Shown here piece by piece: positions 50,956 to 60,545 of a stretch of DNA of 64,000 nucleotides. The position numbers and the translations under genes were made by a program. Below the pieces are notes generated by a model, which saw only the letters and a list, made by a program, of their open reading frames with translations, was not told where the DNA came from and did not search any database. Each line of letters starts with the position of its first letter. The first letter of the stretch is position 1. The DNA is from Candidatus Poribacteria bacterium (lineage in GTDB: Bacteria; Poribacteria; WGA-4E; WGA-3G): positions 992,001 through 1,056,000 of the forward strand of contig OZ240248.1 of the NCBI GenBank assembly GCA_965198235.1, read 5' to 3'.

Positions 50956-52357
50956 AATAGAGATTAAAAACTTTAGAGCCTTTTATGGGGCATATCAGAT
51001 CGACTTGCACAAGGCGGGCAAGAGTTTGCTTGTTTACGGCGAAAACGGGAGTGGAAAAACTTCGTTGTATCAGGCGTTGAAAAGATTCCTGGAATCCAGC
51101 GAGGGTGGCCACCAATTTAAACCGCACCAAAACATCTTCAACTCGGATGATGGATATATCAAACTGCACCTCCGGGCTGATGCACAGTCGAAACAGGACA
51201 CTTATGAATGGTCTGAAACTGTTAAGGACGAGACAAATGATGAGCTTCTTGTTGAGGCATCAAGAGCAAAAGGCTTCCTAGACTATAAGGTACTTCTGGA
51301 AACGCACTACGTCCATCGGGAAAAAGAAAACGTGAATGTCTTCAAATTGCTAGTGGATAATCTTCTTGTCAATACCATCAACCGCTCAACAAATCAGACC
51401 CTTGGTGAAGAATGGGCGCGTCTTCAACAGGAACCATGGCCCCGTCGAAACGCAAAAACGAAAATTGCAGAACTGGCAGCACAGATCGAAACGTTTAACG
51501 ATGGGTTGGCCCAGAGATTGGACGAACTGCAAACGAAAGTCTCCGAAATTCTCCACAAATTTGGATACAATGTTGCGCTTGACTTAGATTTCCAAGGGAT
51601 TACGTATAACAGCAACGACAAGACGCTTGATAACCAAGAAATTCTCCTAACGGTTGCGTTCTTTGACAGAGACATCCCTGAGCATCACCACTTCCTGAAC
51701 GAAGCAAAGTTGTCAGCGATTGCGATTGCGATCTATTTTTCATCAATTCTGATTCAACCGGAGAGTGATCTGAAGTGCCTAGCACTAGATGATGTCCTAA
51801 TCGGTTTGGACATGTCAAACCGCCTCCCGGTCCTTGACATTCTGGACGAGTATTTCTCAGACTACCAAATCTTTTTGACGACTTACGATAAGGCATGGTA
51901 CGAGATTGTCAAACAACGGACATCTCATGGTGGGAAGTGGAAAGCCGTTGAATTCTATTTCCGGCAGACCGATGAATATGAAATCCCTGTCTATGCAGAA
52001 AATAAGGCATATTTGGATAAGGCGAGGGAATATCTTGAAGCGAATGACTATAAAGCCTGCGCTATTTACTTACGAACCGCTTTTGAGGTAATCGTCGAGG
52101 AATTTTGTGACGCGAAACGTCTTCCAGTTAGATACCACCGAAATTGGGATAAACTGGACAGTCAGGATTTCTGGGATCCAATAAAAGTTGAAAATAGTAA
52201 GTCTGGCTTTTTAGATCCACCGCTTATTAGAGATATTGAGCTGTATCGAAGCCGTATCCTAAATCCGCTCAGTCATACTACTATCACGAACATACCCAAG
52301 AAAGAAATTGAGGACGCTATTGAAGCGGTAGCACGTCTTAAAATTGCACTGCAGTAG
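50942..52357 (+). CDS. ABC/SMC-type ATPase with putative C-terminal HEPN domain (PrrC/RloC-like architecture)
   Basis: IKNFRAF, Walker A GENGSGKT, short coiled coil, LNEAKLS, Walker B LALDD..GLD; C-terminal YLRTAFE...RILNPLSH (Rx6H). Confidence 0.75.
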   Translation: MRITKIEIKNFRAFYGAYQIDLHKAGKSLLVYGENGSGKTSLYQALKRFLESSEGGHQFKPHQNIFNSDDGYIKLHLRADAQSKQDTYEWSETVKDETNDELLVEASRAKGFLDYKVLLETHYVHREKENVNVFKLLVDNLLVNTINRSTNQTLGEEWARLQQEPWPRRNAKTKIAELAAQIETFNDGLAQRLDELQTKVSEILHKFGYNVALDLDFQGITYNSNDKTLDNQEILLTVAFFDRDIPEHHHFLNEAKLSAIAIAIYFSSILIQPESDLKCLALDDVLIGLDMSNRLPVLDILDEYFSDYQIFLTTYDKAWYEIVKQRTSHGGKWKAVEFYFRQTDEYEIPVYAENKAYLDKAREYLEANDYKACAIYLRTAFEVIVEEFCDAKRLPVRYHRNWDKLDSQDFWDPIKVENSKSGFLDPPLIRDIELYRSRILNPLSHTTITNIPKKEIEDAIEAVARLKIALQ

Positions 52358-52372
52358 GACAGACACCGCACC

Positions 52373-52401
52373 TTGCAATTAACCACCCAATACGGTATAA
52401 T
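52373..52401 (+). promoter_or_regulatory. Sigma70 promoter for nitroreductase
   Basis: TTGCAA-N17-TATAAT, AGGAGG RBS downstream. Confidence 0.65.
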
Positions 52402-52428
52402 TGAATTCTATAAGGAGGATCTGACATA

Positions 52429-52998
52429 ATGGATGTTAAAGATGCGATTCTTTCACGACGCACCATTTTTAAGTTCAAGCCGGAACCGGTGCCGAACGAT
52501 GTCATTGAACAAGTTTTCAGTTACGGGATATGGGCACCCAATCACCATGTCACTGAACCGTGGCGGTTCACCGTCATCGGCGAGGAGACGAAGCTAATTC
52601 TCGCAGACCGCTACCGCGAAATTAAGATTGAGGATACACCCGACCACGTTGATGCCGAAAATCTTGCCAAAATTGGTGAGTTGGCTTACGCGAAGTTCAT
52701 GTCCAAGCCGACGATTATCGCCGTTTCGTGCATACAAGACGGTGATGAGCAACGTCAACGGGAAGATTATGCCGCTGCCTGCTGTGCAATGCAGAACGTC
52801 CAGCTCGCTGCATGGGATGCCGGAGTTGGAATGCAGTGGAGCACCGGTAGAATCACGATGGAAGAGCAGACCTATCAGTTGCTCGAAATTGATTCGTCAC
52901 AAGAGTATATCATCGGCTTCTTCTACACCGGTTATCCCGCCGACATCAGCGAACCGAAACGACAACCTGCAGGCGAGTTTATCCGCTGGGTGGCTTAG
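52429..52998 (+). CDS. Nitroreductase family protein (YdjA-like)
   Basis: SRRTI, WAPNHHVTEPWRF, MQNVQLAAW..GVG..WSTG. Confidence 0.9.
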   Translation: MDVKDAILSRRTIFKFKPEPVPNDVIEQVFSYGIWAPNHHVTEPWRFTVIGEETKLILADRYREIKIEDTPDHVDAENLAKIGELAYAKFMSKPTIIAVSCIQDGDEQRQREDYAAACCAMQNVQLAAWDAGVGMQWSTGRITMEEQTYQLLEIDSSQEYIIGFFYTGYPADISEPKRQPAGEFIRWVA

Positions 52999-53125
52999 TA
53001 GCCGTCGGCTATCAGCAAAGAGAGGTGTGTGGCAGTTATAGAGGTTTGCAACTGCCACAGGTTTCCCTATTCTCACTGCGAAGCATGCTGAAAGTGAGCG
53101 TAGCGAACGCCCTGACTGCTGACAA

Positions 53126-53959
53126 CTATTTAAGTTGATACGCTGCCTTGGCATTCTGCCAAAAGAACTTCGCCTTGACTGCATCGCCTTTCGCACTAAA
53201 GTAGTCGTTCACAATCTGTTGCACGACTTTATACGGAGCGAAGCGTTCAGATACGGGCCAATTGCTCCCGTAGATAAGTCTATCCTCACCAAATGCATCC
53301 CATAAAACATCTATCGTTGGGGTGTAATAGGCGACATCCGTCGGTGCGGGGATTTGTCCTGTGTGTTCTGCGAGTCCAGAAACCTTGCAATAGATGTTTG
53401 GGTAGCGAGCCACTTCACCGATAGCAGAAACCCAACCCGGGTCGGGTGGCTGTTCTGATATTCGCGCACCTGCGATGTGATTGATGACGATGTGCATCTC
53501 TGGTGTATGTTCAACCAAGGTTGGCAGGGTTAATAACATTTCAGGGCTAATCAGCAGATCCAAGGTGAGTGCTTTCGCTGCCAACTTTTCAATATTGGCT
53601 AAGAACATGTCGTCACCGATGGCGCGTAAGTGTCCTCCACCGAGGCGTATTCCGCGAAAGAGTGGATTCGCAGAGAATCTTGCCAAAGACGCTTCAAAGT
53701 CCGCGGCGTCGGGTTCTAAATGCCCAACAAACCCTACAATGAAAGGCTCATCTGCGGCGAGGTCCAAAATCCACTGATTATCTTCAAGCCATTTGCTTGC
53801 CTCGACGACAACAGTGCCAGTCGCACCTTCGGGGACTGCGAGTGCTTTGTAGTCTTCGGGCATAACCTTTCGGTAAAGCACGTCATCATCTGGATTCGGC
53901 CACGGTACACCTTCGGGGCGCGTTGGATCATAGAAATGTGTATGTGTGTCAATAATCAT
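53126..53959 (-). CDS. Amidohydrolase_2 family protein (L-fuconolactonase-like)
   Basis: IIDTHTHF, IVINHI, CKVSGL and RLIYGSNWPV. Confidence 0.88.
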   Translation of the reverse strand: MIIDTHTHFYDPTRPEGVPWPNPDDDVLYRKVMPEDYKALAVPEGATGTVVVEASKWLEDNQWILDLAADEPFIVGFVGHLEPDAADFEASLARFSANPLFRGIRLGGGHLRAIGDDMFLANIEKLAAKALTLDLLISPEMLLTLPTLVEHTPEMHIVINHIAGARISEQPPDPGWVSAIGEVARYPNIYCKVSGLAEHTGQIPAPTDVAYYTPTIDVLWDAFGEDRLIYGSNWPVSERFAPYKVVQQIVNDYFSAKGDAVKAKFFWQNAKAAYQLK

Positions 53960-54035
53960 TTTTTTAACTATGGCCTCCTGCTATGATCAGCACGTTGTGC
54001 TGATTATCGGTTTCTGATGAGGTTGGTACGTTTCT

Positions 54036-54872
54036 GTGCATAATTCTGTTTTTCTTTTTCCTTTTAATGTGAGGCATTTTATCGTAGTAGGGCTCTTAAC
54101 CTATTTGCTGTCCGGATGTAATCCTTTCGATCAGGGACAGCAACAGAAGCGGGAGCTTCAACGTGATGTGTTAAAGCTTAGAATGGGGCAGGCACTCAAT
54201 CCGACAGATGCGGAGGGGCATATTCAACTCGGCAAATCCTATCGTGAATTGGGTGAGTATGATAAAGCGATAGAATCTTTCCAAAACGCCATCGCGCTTG
54301 ATGACGAGCACCACCACGCCTATAACAACCTCGGTTTGGTTTACACCGATATCAGTATGTTCGCACTTGCGATTGATATGTTCCTCGCTGCGCTTGAGTT
54401 GGCACCGGGAAACCCCGCTTTCTACAACAATCTCGGTTATGCTTACGACATGACAGACCAGTTTGACGAGGCTCTCGCCGCCTTTCAAAACGCAATTGAA
54501 ACGGATCCAACCTTTGTTGATGCCTACTATAACCTCGCAAATGCCTACCTCCACAGCGGAATGTATCAGGATGCTATTCAAAATTACGAGGCTGCCCTTG
54601 AAATAGAAGAGGGGGACGCTGATACCTATTTTAACCTCGGTCTCGCTTACGAGGAAAACGGGGGATTTCTTCGCGCTATCCAATCCTATGAAAAAGGCTT
54701 ATCCCTTGATGACAGCGATGCAGAAGCTTACTATCGTCTCGCACAAGCGTATCAGAAAAATGGCGATCCGCTCATGATGCGTCGCTATCTGGAGATTTTC
54801 TTAAAACGTGCTGAGGGGCTTCCTTATCTTCAAGAGGAGATCCGCACCGCTGAGCAGATGTTTGATAGATAG
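54036..54872 (+). CDS. TPR lipoprotein
   Basis: Lipobox LSGC; repeated YNNLG/YFNLG TPRs. Confidence 0.85.
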   Translation: MHNSVFLFPFNVRHFIVVGLLTYLLSGCNPFDQGQQQKRELQRDVLKLRMGQALNPTDAEGHIQLGKSYRELGEYDKAIESFQNAIALDDEHHHAYNNLGLVYTDISMFALAIDMFLAALELAPGNPAFYNNLGYAYDMTDQFDEALAAFQNAIETDPTFVDAYYNLANAYLHSGMYQDAIQNYEAALEIEEGDADTYFNLGLAYEENGGFLRAIQSYEKGLSLDDSDAEAYYRLAQAYQKNGDPLMMRRYLEIFLKRAEGLPYLQEEIRTAEQMFDR

Positions 54873-54905
54873 CGTTCTTCCTCAAAATCAGCAGGAATTC
54901 CGACT

Positions 54906-55823
54906 TCATTCCATCTTTGTAGAGCGGATATATTCTTGCGCTTGTAGATAAGGCGGCGATGTGATTAACGCATCACATTCTCGCGGCACGGGGTCATAAG
55001 ACGAATCGACACCACCATGAAATTCGACTTCCCCCAGATGTTCAAAGTGGTGTTGTGTATGCATCATGAAGTCGTTGAGATTTCTTAACGTCTTCAAGGA
55101 GAGGCTGCGGGTCATCTCTTCCAACTGTTCTCTCCAATTTTCCTTAAGCATCTCTTCTATAGCCTTCAACTTACGCTTGGATCTGGCGAGCTTAGGTGTT
55201 CTATCTTCTGTGTAAGAAAACCGTTTGCTAACCTTTAACAACGCAGATTTGATAATAGTGGAATAAATTCCACCGTCTGTGTTGTTAGTGAAACCCCAGT
55301 ACTGCGATAGCATTTCTAAGATTTCCGGCGCGTACCAGTAGGCGACATTTGACCAGGTGGGTATGAACAGATGCTTGCTTTCTTTCATACCGTCTAACAG
55401 TTTACGCAAATGCCGTTCGTTCAATCGTTCTGCCCCGCGGTAAACCTTCAGCGGCATGATGTGATTCAAGAGCGGATTCAGATCGAGTAGAACAGCGTTG
55501 CGTTTACACAGATATGCTTCGACTCCTACAGTCCCCGAACCGGCGAACGGATCGACAATCCAATCCCCTTCCTTTGTGTAGGTGTTGATCGCGTATCGAA
55601 CGACTTGAGGGATGAATTTCGCAGGATATGCGAAAATAGCGTGTGTCAGGTAGCCGGTATCCTTAATTTCGGGAACTAATTCGCGGAAGGAAACCAACTC
55701 TACTCCATCAGATTCAGTGTCGTCTGTTGGGACCTCAGGTTCAGTATCTGTGGGGAAAGGAATACCTTCAATATGGGTTTGCAAATCGCTCTCGAATTGT
55801 GTTTTCGGACTACGGTTTTTCAT
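54906..55823 (-). pseudogene. Amino-(N4-C-type) DNA methyltransferase, apparently C-terminally truncated
   Basis: YPAKFIP, DPFAGSGT (motif I), ITSPPY (motif IV) only 13 aa before the stop. Confidence 0.65.
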
Positions 55824-55841
55824 AAACTGCTATGAAACACG

Positions 55842-57068
55842 CTATTGCAATTCTTCTTCCGTTAGTTGGAAATCAAAGACCTCTTCCCCTTCTTTCGTTC
55901 CTTCAATTTCTTCTTCCGTTAGTTGAAAATCAAAGATTTCTTCCCCTTCTACAACTTCTTCCGTCTCTGTATCGGGGGACGTAGTGCTTTGGGTCTGTTC
56001 TGCCGGTTGTGGTGTTTCCTGTGTTTCAAGTTTAGGAGAACTTGCACCGAGGAGAGTTAACCCCACAATCCCCACGACACAGACAGTCGTGACCGTCAAT
56101 GCAACGGGGCGTTTCCAGAGGACGGCACGCTCGCTTCTGTCTAAGAACGGGAGGAATAGCAAAAGCAATATGCCAACCGTCGGAATGACAAACGTTCCAA
56201 CGATTTCAAGGGGACCTTGAAAGTACTTCAGCAGTTGAAACAGGAATAGAAAATACCATTCAGGTCGGGGATCGTAACTCGCATTCGTTGGGTCAGCGAC
56301 ATCTTCAAGTGGGACAGGCACGAACAACGCAACGGCTGCCAATATTGCAAAGAGAATGAGCATACCGACAACATCTTCAAATACCTGATCCGGATAGAAC
56401 GGTTTCCCCATTTTCATTTCTTCTGACGTGTTCTGTGTTGTGCCGGAAGAACCGTAGTAGCGGACGAAGAAGAGATGCACACCGACCAAACCGAAAACTA
56501 ACCACGGCAACCAGATTGTATGGAGCGCGTAAAACCGTGCCAGTGTCACCGCGCCTATCTCGGTTCCACCGCGCATGACCTTCGCGACAAAATCGCCAAG
56601 AATGGGGGCAGTGCTGGCGATTTCAACGCCGACGACTGTCGCCCAATATGCTTTATCATCCCACGGAAGGAGGTAACCTGTGAATCCAAAGCCGAGTACG
56701 ACCAGCAGCAGGAGAACGCCGAATATCCATGTGAATTCACGCGGGGCTTTGTATGAACTGTAAATGACGACGCGGAGCAGGTGCAGAAAGACAATAATGA
56801 CCATCGCGCTCGCACCCCAATGGTGCAAACCGCGCACGAATGACCCAAATGGCACCTCTTTGCTGATATACGTTACCGCGTTATGGGCATGCTCTGGTGA
56901 AGGAGAATAATATAACGCCAGAAAGGCACCCGTAGCCGCCTGAAGCAAAAGCAGAAACATCGCCAAGCTGCCCAGTGAGAAAAGCAGATTGATGTGTTTC
57001 GGTAAAGGTTTGCGTAAGTGCGCGGAGAACTCCGTCAACGGGAGACGTTCGTTGAGAAATTCCCTCAT
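55842..57068 (-). CDS. petB: Cytochrome b subunit of a Rieske/cytochrome b complex (b6 and subunit IV in one chain)
   Basis: RGLHHWGAS, HLLRV, GFTGYLLPWD..AYW, RFYALH and PEWYFLF; ATG overlaps the Rieske stop (TAATG). Confidence 0.93.
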   Translation of the reverse strand: MREFLNERLPLTEFSAHLRKPLPKHINLLFSLGSLAMFLLLLQAATGAFLALYYSPSPEHAHNAVTYISKEVPFGSFVRGLHHWGASAMVIIVFLHLLRVVIYSSYKAPREFTWIFGVLLLLVVLGFGFTGYLLPWDDKAYWATVVGVEIASTAPILGDFVAKVMRGGTEIGAVTLARFYALHTIWLPWLVFGLVGVHLFFVRYYGSSGTTQNTSEEMKMGKPFYPDQVFEDVVGMLILFAILAAVALFVPVPLEDVADPTNASYDPRPEWYFLFLFQLLKYFQGPLEIVGTFVIPTVGILLLLFLPFLDRSERAVLWKRPVALTVTTVCVVGIVGLTLLGASSPKLETQETPQPAEQTQSTTSPDTETEEVVEGEEIFDFQLTEEEIEGTKEGEEVFDFQLTEEELQ

Positions 57069-57547
57069 TACGTCTCCTTCACGTATAAAATGCCGGCTTC
57101 GACTTTCGTTTGTAGTTTCTGCAACGGATGTGGCGGCGGTCCGGCAACAACACTTCCGTTCTTGTCGAACACCGCACCGTGACACGGACAGAGGAAAGAT
57201 TCCTTCTGTTCATCCCATCGGACGAGGCAACTGAGGTGTGAGCAGGTTCTCGAAAAAACAGTCCACTCCCCATTACCGTCATCCGTCAAATAGACAGAAC
57301 GTTTCTTCGTTGCTTTGACCCAACCGTCTTTTGCTGTGAAGGTATAGTCCACCTTTTTAAAGCGGCTATTTTTGAGTCGGTCAGCGAGACCCAAGTCGAC
57401 CCATTTCGACTCTCCTTTTTTGAAGGCAGGCGAAATCGCAAACCCGATGAGCGGGATACTGGCAGCGAGGCTCAACACTCCCCCGATAAACGCGGTTGCC
57501 CAATTTATAGAAAAGACTAAGAACGAGCGTCTGCCCTTTTTCTCCAT
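57068..57547 (-). CDS. Rieske iron-sulfur subunit
   Basis: Tat-like GRRSFL, TM helix, CSHLSC, CPCHG and GPPPHPL. Confidence 0.93.
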   Translation of the reverse strand: MEKKGRRSFLVFSINWATAFIGGVLSLAASIPLIGFAISPAFKKGESKWVDLGLADRLKNSRFKKVDYTFTAKDGWVKATKKRSVYLTDDGNGEWTVFSRTCSHLSCLVRWDEQKESFLCPCHGAVFDKNGSVVAGPPPHPLQKLQTKVEAGILYVKET

Positions 57548-57690
57548 CCATTTTCTCCTTTGCAGCAATCAAACCCATATAGAACCCAAGGGTGCTGTGA
57601 TCTTGGCAAAAACCCGATTTTGACAGCGGAAAAATCGGCGCGAAAACCCAATAATTAAAAAATTCGGCAGCATTGGGTCGTGCTGGCAGC

Positions 57691-58758
57691 TTATGGCTTT
57701 TCCCACGTTTGCCCTTCAAACGGTTTTCGCAAATCATATCGTCCTTCCACTAAGACAGGAAGCGTACCGTCGTTAATCATGAGTTCGAGCGGTAGTTCCT
57801 TGGTTTCCATCGGTATGTTGACGACATCCTTGATACGCAAAGACTCATAGATAGCCATCATGATTTCAAGTGTATAGCGTGCTTGAGCGCCACTGCCGCG
57901 ATGGTCGGAAATATCGCCTTCGATCCACTCGATGAATTCATCGTACTGATTTTTAGTTTGTGGGGGTGGTGTAAGGGTTTGCCATCCCTTCGCGTCCCCA
58001 TTTTGGAGCAGAAGTGTGCCGTCAGGTCCGTTACGAATTTGTCCTTCTGTTCCGGCGATTTTGGGCATTGAAACTGACGGTTCCGGTAGATCACCTTCGT
58101 AGATACCGCGTGCCCCGCCTTCAAAGCAGACTAAGCCCATACAGAGGTCCTCACAAATTGTGCGGCGTTCCCACCGATCGGTCGTGCGAGCGGTCTGTCC
58201 AATCACCCAGAGTGTTTCGGGATCCGACAGAATGAAGCGCCATCCATCAATTGCATGCGTCCCTGTATTCAGCAGTCCTGCGTGCCTTTTCGCGCTGTGG
58301 TGGACAGTTGTTGGTTCACCAATCGCTCCTGCAGCGACAAGCCTACGTGTCTCTATGTTTGCAGGGGCGTATCTACCTTGGTGTCCGATGATAAGTTTAA
58401 CATCGTTCTCTTCACAGGCAGCAAGCATAGCATCGGCTTGTCCAAGTGAAGCTGCCATCGGTTTCTCGCCGATAATGCCTTTCACGCCTGCTTTCGCCGC
58501 TGCGACAGTCGCTTCCGCCCGCGGTCCCTGCCATGTTGTGATGCTGACGATGTCCAAATCCTCTTTTGCCAACATTTCATCAACGTCGGTATAGATAGCG
58601 GGGACATCGTATTCGTCCGAAACGCGTTGCGCTGCTTCTTCATAGATGTCCATTGCGGCTACGACTTTTGCCTTCGGATATTGGGTCCATGCTCTTGAAT
58701 GGGATCTGCCCATTCCGCCGCAGCCAATGATTCCAACACGATATGTCTGATTTGCCAT
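57691..58758 (-). CDS. Gfo/Idh/MocA-family oxidoreductase
   Basis: VGIIGCGGMG, EKPMA and GTHAID. Confidence 0.9.
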   Translation of the reverse strand: MANQTYRVGIIGCGGMGRSHSRAWTQYPKAKVVAAMDIYEEAAQRVSDEYDVPAIYTDVDEMLAKEDLDIVSITTWQGPRAEATVAAAKAGVKGIIGEKPMAASLGQADAMLAACEENDVKLIIGHQGRYAPANIETRRLVAAGAIGEPTTVHHSAKRHAGLLNTGTHAIDGWRFILSDPETLWVIGQTARTTDRWERRTICEDLCMGLVCFEGGARGIYEGDLPEPSVSMPKIAGTEGQIRNGPDGTLLLQNGDAKGWQTLTPPPQTKNQYDEFIEWIEGDISDHRGSGAQARYTLEIMMAIYESLRIKDVVNIPMETKELPLELMINDGTLPVLVEGRYDLRKPFEGQTWEKP

Positions 58759-58819
58759 CTGTTTGGTCTCCTTATCTTGGCGTAGCTTGCAAGCCAACTG
58801 TTTAAAACCGTGTTGACTA

Positions 58820-58848
58820 TTCTAACACTCCTCACTGTTTTTGTCAAA
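58820..58848 (-). promoter_or_regulatory. Sigma70 promoter for the oxidoreductase and possibly the Rieske/cyt b genes
   Basis: Minus strand TTGACA-N17-TAGAAT. Confidence 0.6.
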
Positions 58849-59070
58849 TTTTTCGCTGTTTTCTCATCCTCTGTGCTGATTACTCTGTAGGCGTGCCGTG
58901 CGATAATCGACGGTGGAGTAAAACAAGTGTAATGGAACGCTGAAGACTAATGTTCCTATCGTTTTCCTTGACAAACCTTCGGAAACGTTGCAAACTATAG
59001 AAAGTAATATAAACTTGTAGATTACGCCTTATTTTTCAACAAATTTCGCCAAAAGAGAGGGTATTATTAG

Positions 59071-60168
59071 ATGGCAGATTATGAAGATAAAGGTTCACAG
59101 ATTCGAGTGACGAACCTTGAGGCTTTTCCGATGGGAGTGAAAGCCTACGTCAAGATTGAAACGAACATGGGTGTTACGGGTTGGGGTGAGATTAACAATA
59201 TGGAGACAACCGTCACCTGTGCATTGGCGCGTTCCTTGTCGGAACTGATTATCGGGGAAAACCCGACGCGTATTGAGCATCACTGGCAGCGATTGTTTCG
59301 GGCACATCGCAACATCCGGGGCGGTGGGTTGATGGTCCATACCATCTCCGCTATTGATATGGCGTTGTGGGATATAGCTGGGAAACTCTGGGGCGTACCC
59401 GTCTATCGCTTACTCGGTGGTCCGTGCCGCGATAAGATTTGGAAGTATCCGAGTCCGAAGGCGATTAAGACGGGACCTGGAGGCTCTAAGCCGTTTGCTG
59501 GCACTCCAGATGAGATTGCGGATCTGGTTCAACGCGTGCGAGACGCGCGGGAGAAGGTCGGTTCCGATGGTGCGGTGATGTTTGATGCGCATAGCTGCCT
59601 ACCGCCGCCTATTGTCAAACAATTCGCGAGTTACCTACAACCAGACGACCTACTCTTTTTAGAGGAAGCGTGGGTGCCGGGCAATATTGAAGTGATGCGC
59701 AAAATTCGGGAATCTGTCCCTGTACCGCTTGCCACTGGGGAGCGCGACCGCACAATATGGGAGGTTCGCGAAATCCTTGAAGCGCAAGTGATTGATATTC
59801 TTCAACCTGATTGTGGACACGGCGGCGGCATTACGCAAGTCAAAAAGGTCGCAGCCCTTGCAGAGGCGCACCATGTCCCAATCGCGCCACACTGCACGAT
59901 GTCCTACCTCGGTCTCACCGCAAGTTTTCACTTATCCGCGGCTGTGCCGTTTTTCCTCATCCACGAGGGCTATGAGAACGTCCTTCCAGACGGTGTTGCC
60001 CACAAAACGTGGGAGATGGACGAAGAGGGCTACGTGTCACTTCCCGAAGGACCCGGCTTAGGGGTTACCGTGGATGAAGCAAAGGTTATTGAAGTCGGGC
60101 AAGAAGCAGGAAGGCGTTTCACGTGGCCCGATAGTAGATTAGCGGATGGTTCCATCGCCGATTATTAG
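59071..60168 (+). CDS. Mandelate racemase/muconate lactonizing enzyme family (galactonate dehydratase-like)
   Basis: GWGE, SAIDMALWDIAGK, PVYRLLGG, DAH, LEE, ATGER, QPD and PEGPGLG. Confidence 0.9.
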   Translation: MADYEDKGSQIRVTNLEAFPMGVKAYVKIETNMGVTGWGEINNMETTVTCALARSLSELIIGENPTRIEHHWQRLFRAHRNIRGGGLMVHTISAIDMALWDIAGKLWGVPVYRLLGGPCRDKIWKYPSPKAIKTGPGGSKPFAGTPDEIADLVQRVRDAREKVGSDGAVMFDAHSCLPPPIVKQFASYLQPDDLLFLEEAWVPGNIEVMRKIRESVPVPLATGERDRTIWEVREILEAQVIDILQPDCGHGGGITQVKKVAALAEAHHVPIAPHCTMSYLGLTASFHLSAAVPFFLIHEGYENVLPDGVAHKTWEMDEEGYVSLPEGPGLGVTVDEAKVIEVGQEAGRRFTWPDSRLADGSIADY

Positions 60169-60545
60169 AAGTATAAGCACGCTCCTCTTTTGCTGGCGAG
60201 GTTTCCTTGGGGAAATCCGCAGAAATACCGGATTTGGTCTGGGAATAGACTAAATCCAGTCCTTGTATTACATTTCCATTCCTTGTATTACATTGCAAAG
60301 ATCCCAAGCAAAAACACCTCGCCAGTTCCGCTATATTCCTTTTGGCTATCAGCCGTCGGGATTCGGAGACCCTTCCTACACGAGAACTAAATATCCCTAC
60401 TATTTTCCCACAACAAAAAAATTTTAGATAAAATGCATTTTATGCAACCTTACCTCCGTTAAAATACGACATAACGTCACAAGGCATTTCGGCGAAGCTT
60501 GTAGGTCTCCGAAACTTGCTATCAGACTGACTTTGGAGGGTAATC

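Noticed and set aside
58889-58940. Further copy of the 13-nt-loop hairpin family
   Set aside because: Only the TGTAATGGA part and a 4-bp stem match; too degenerate to count
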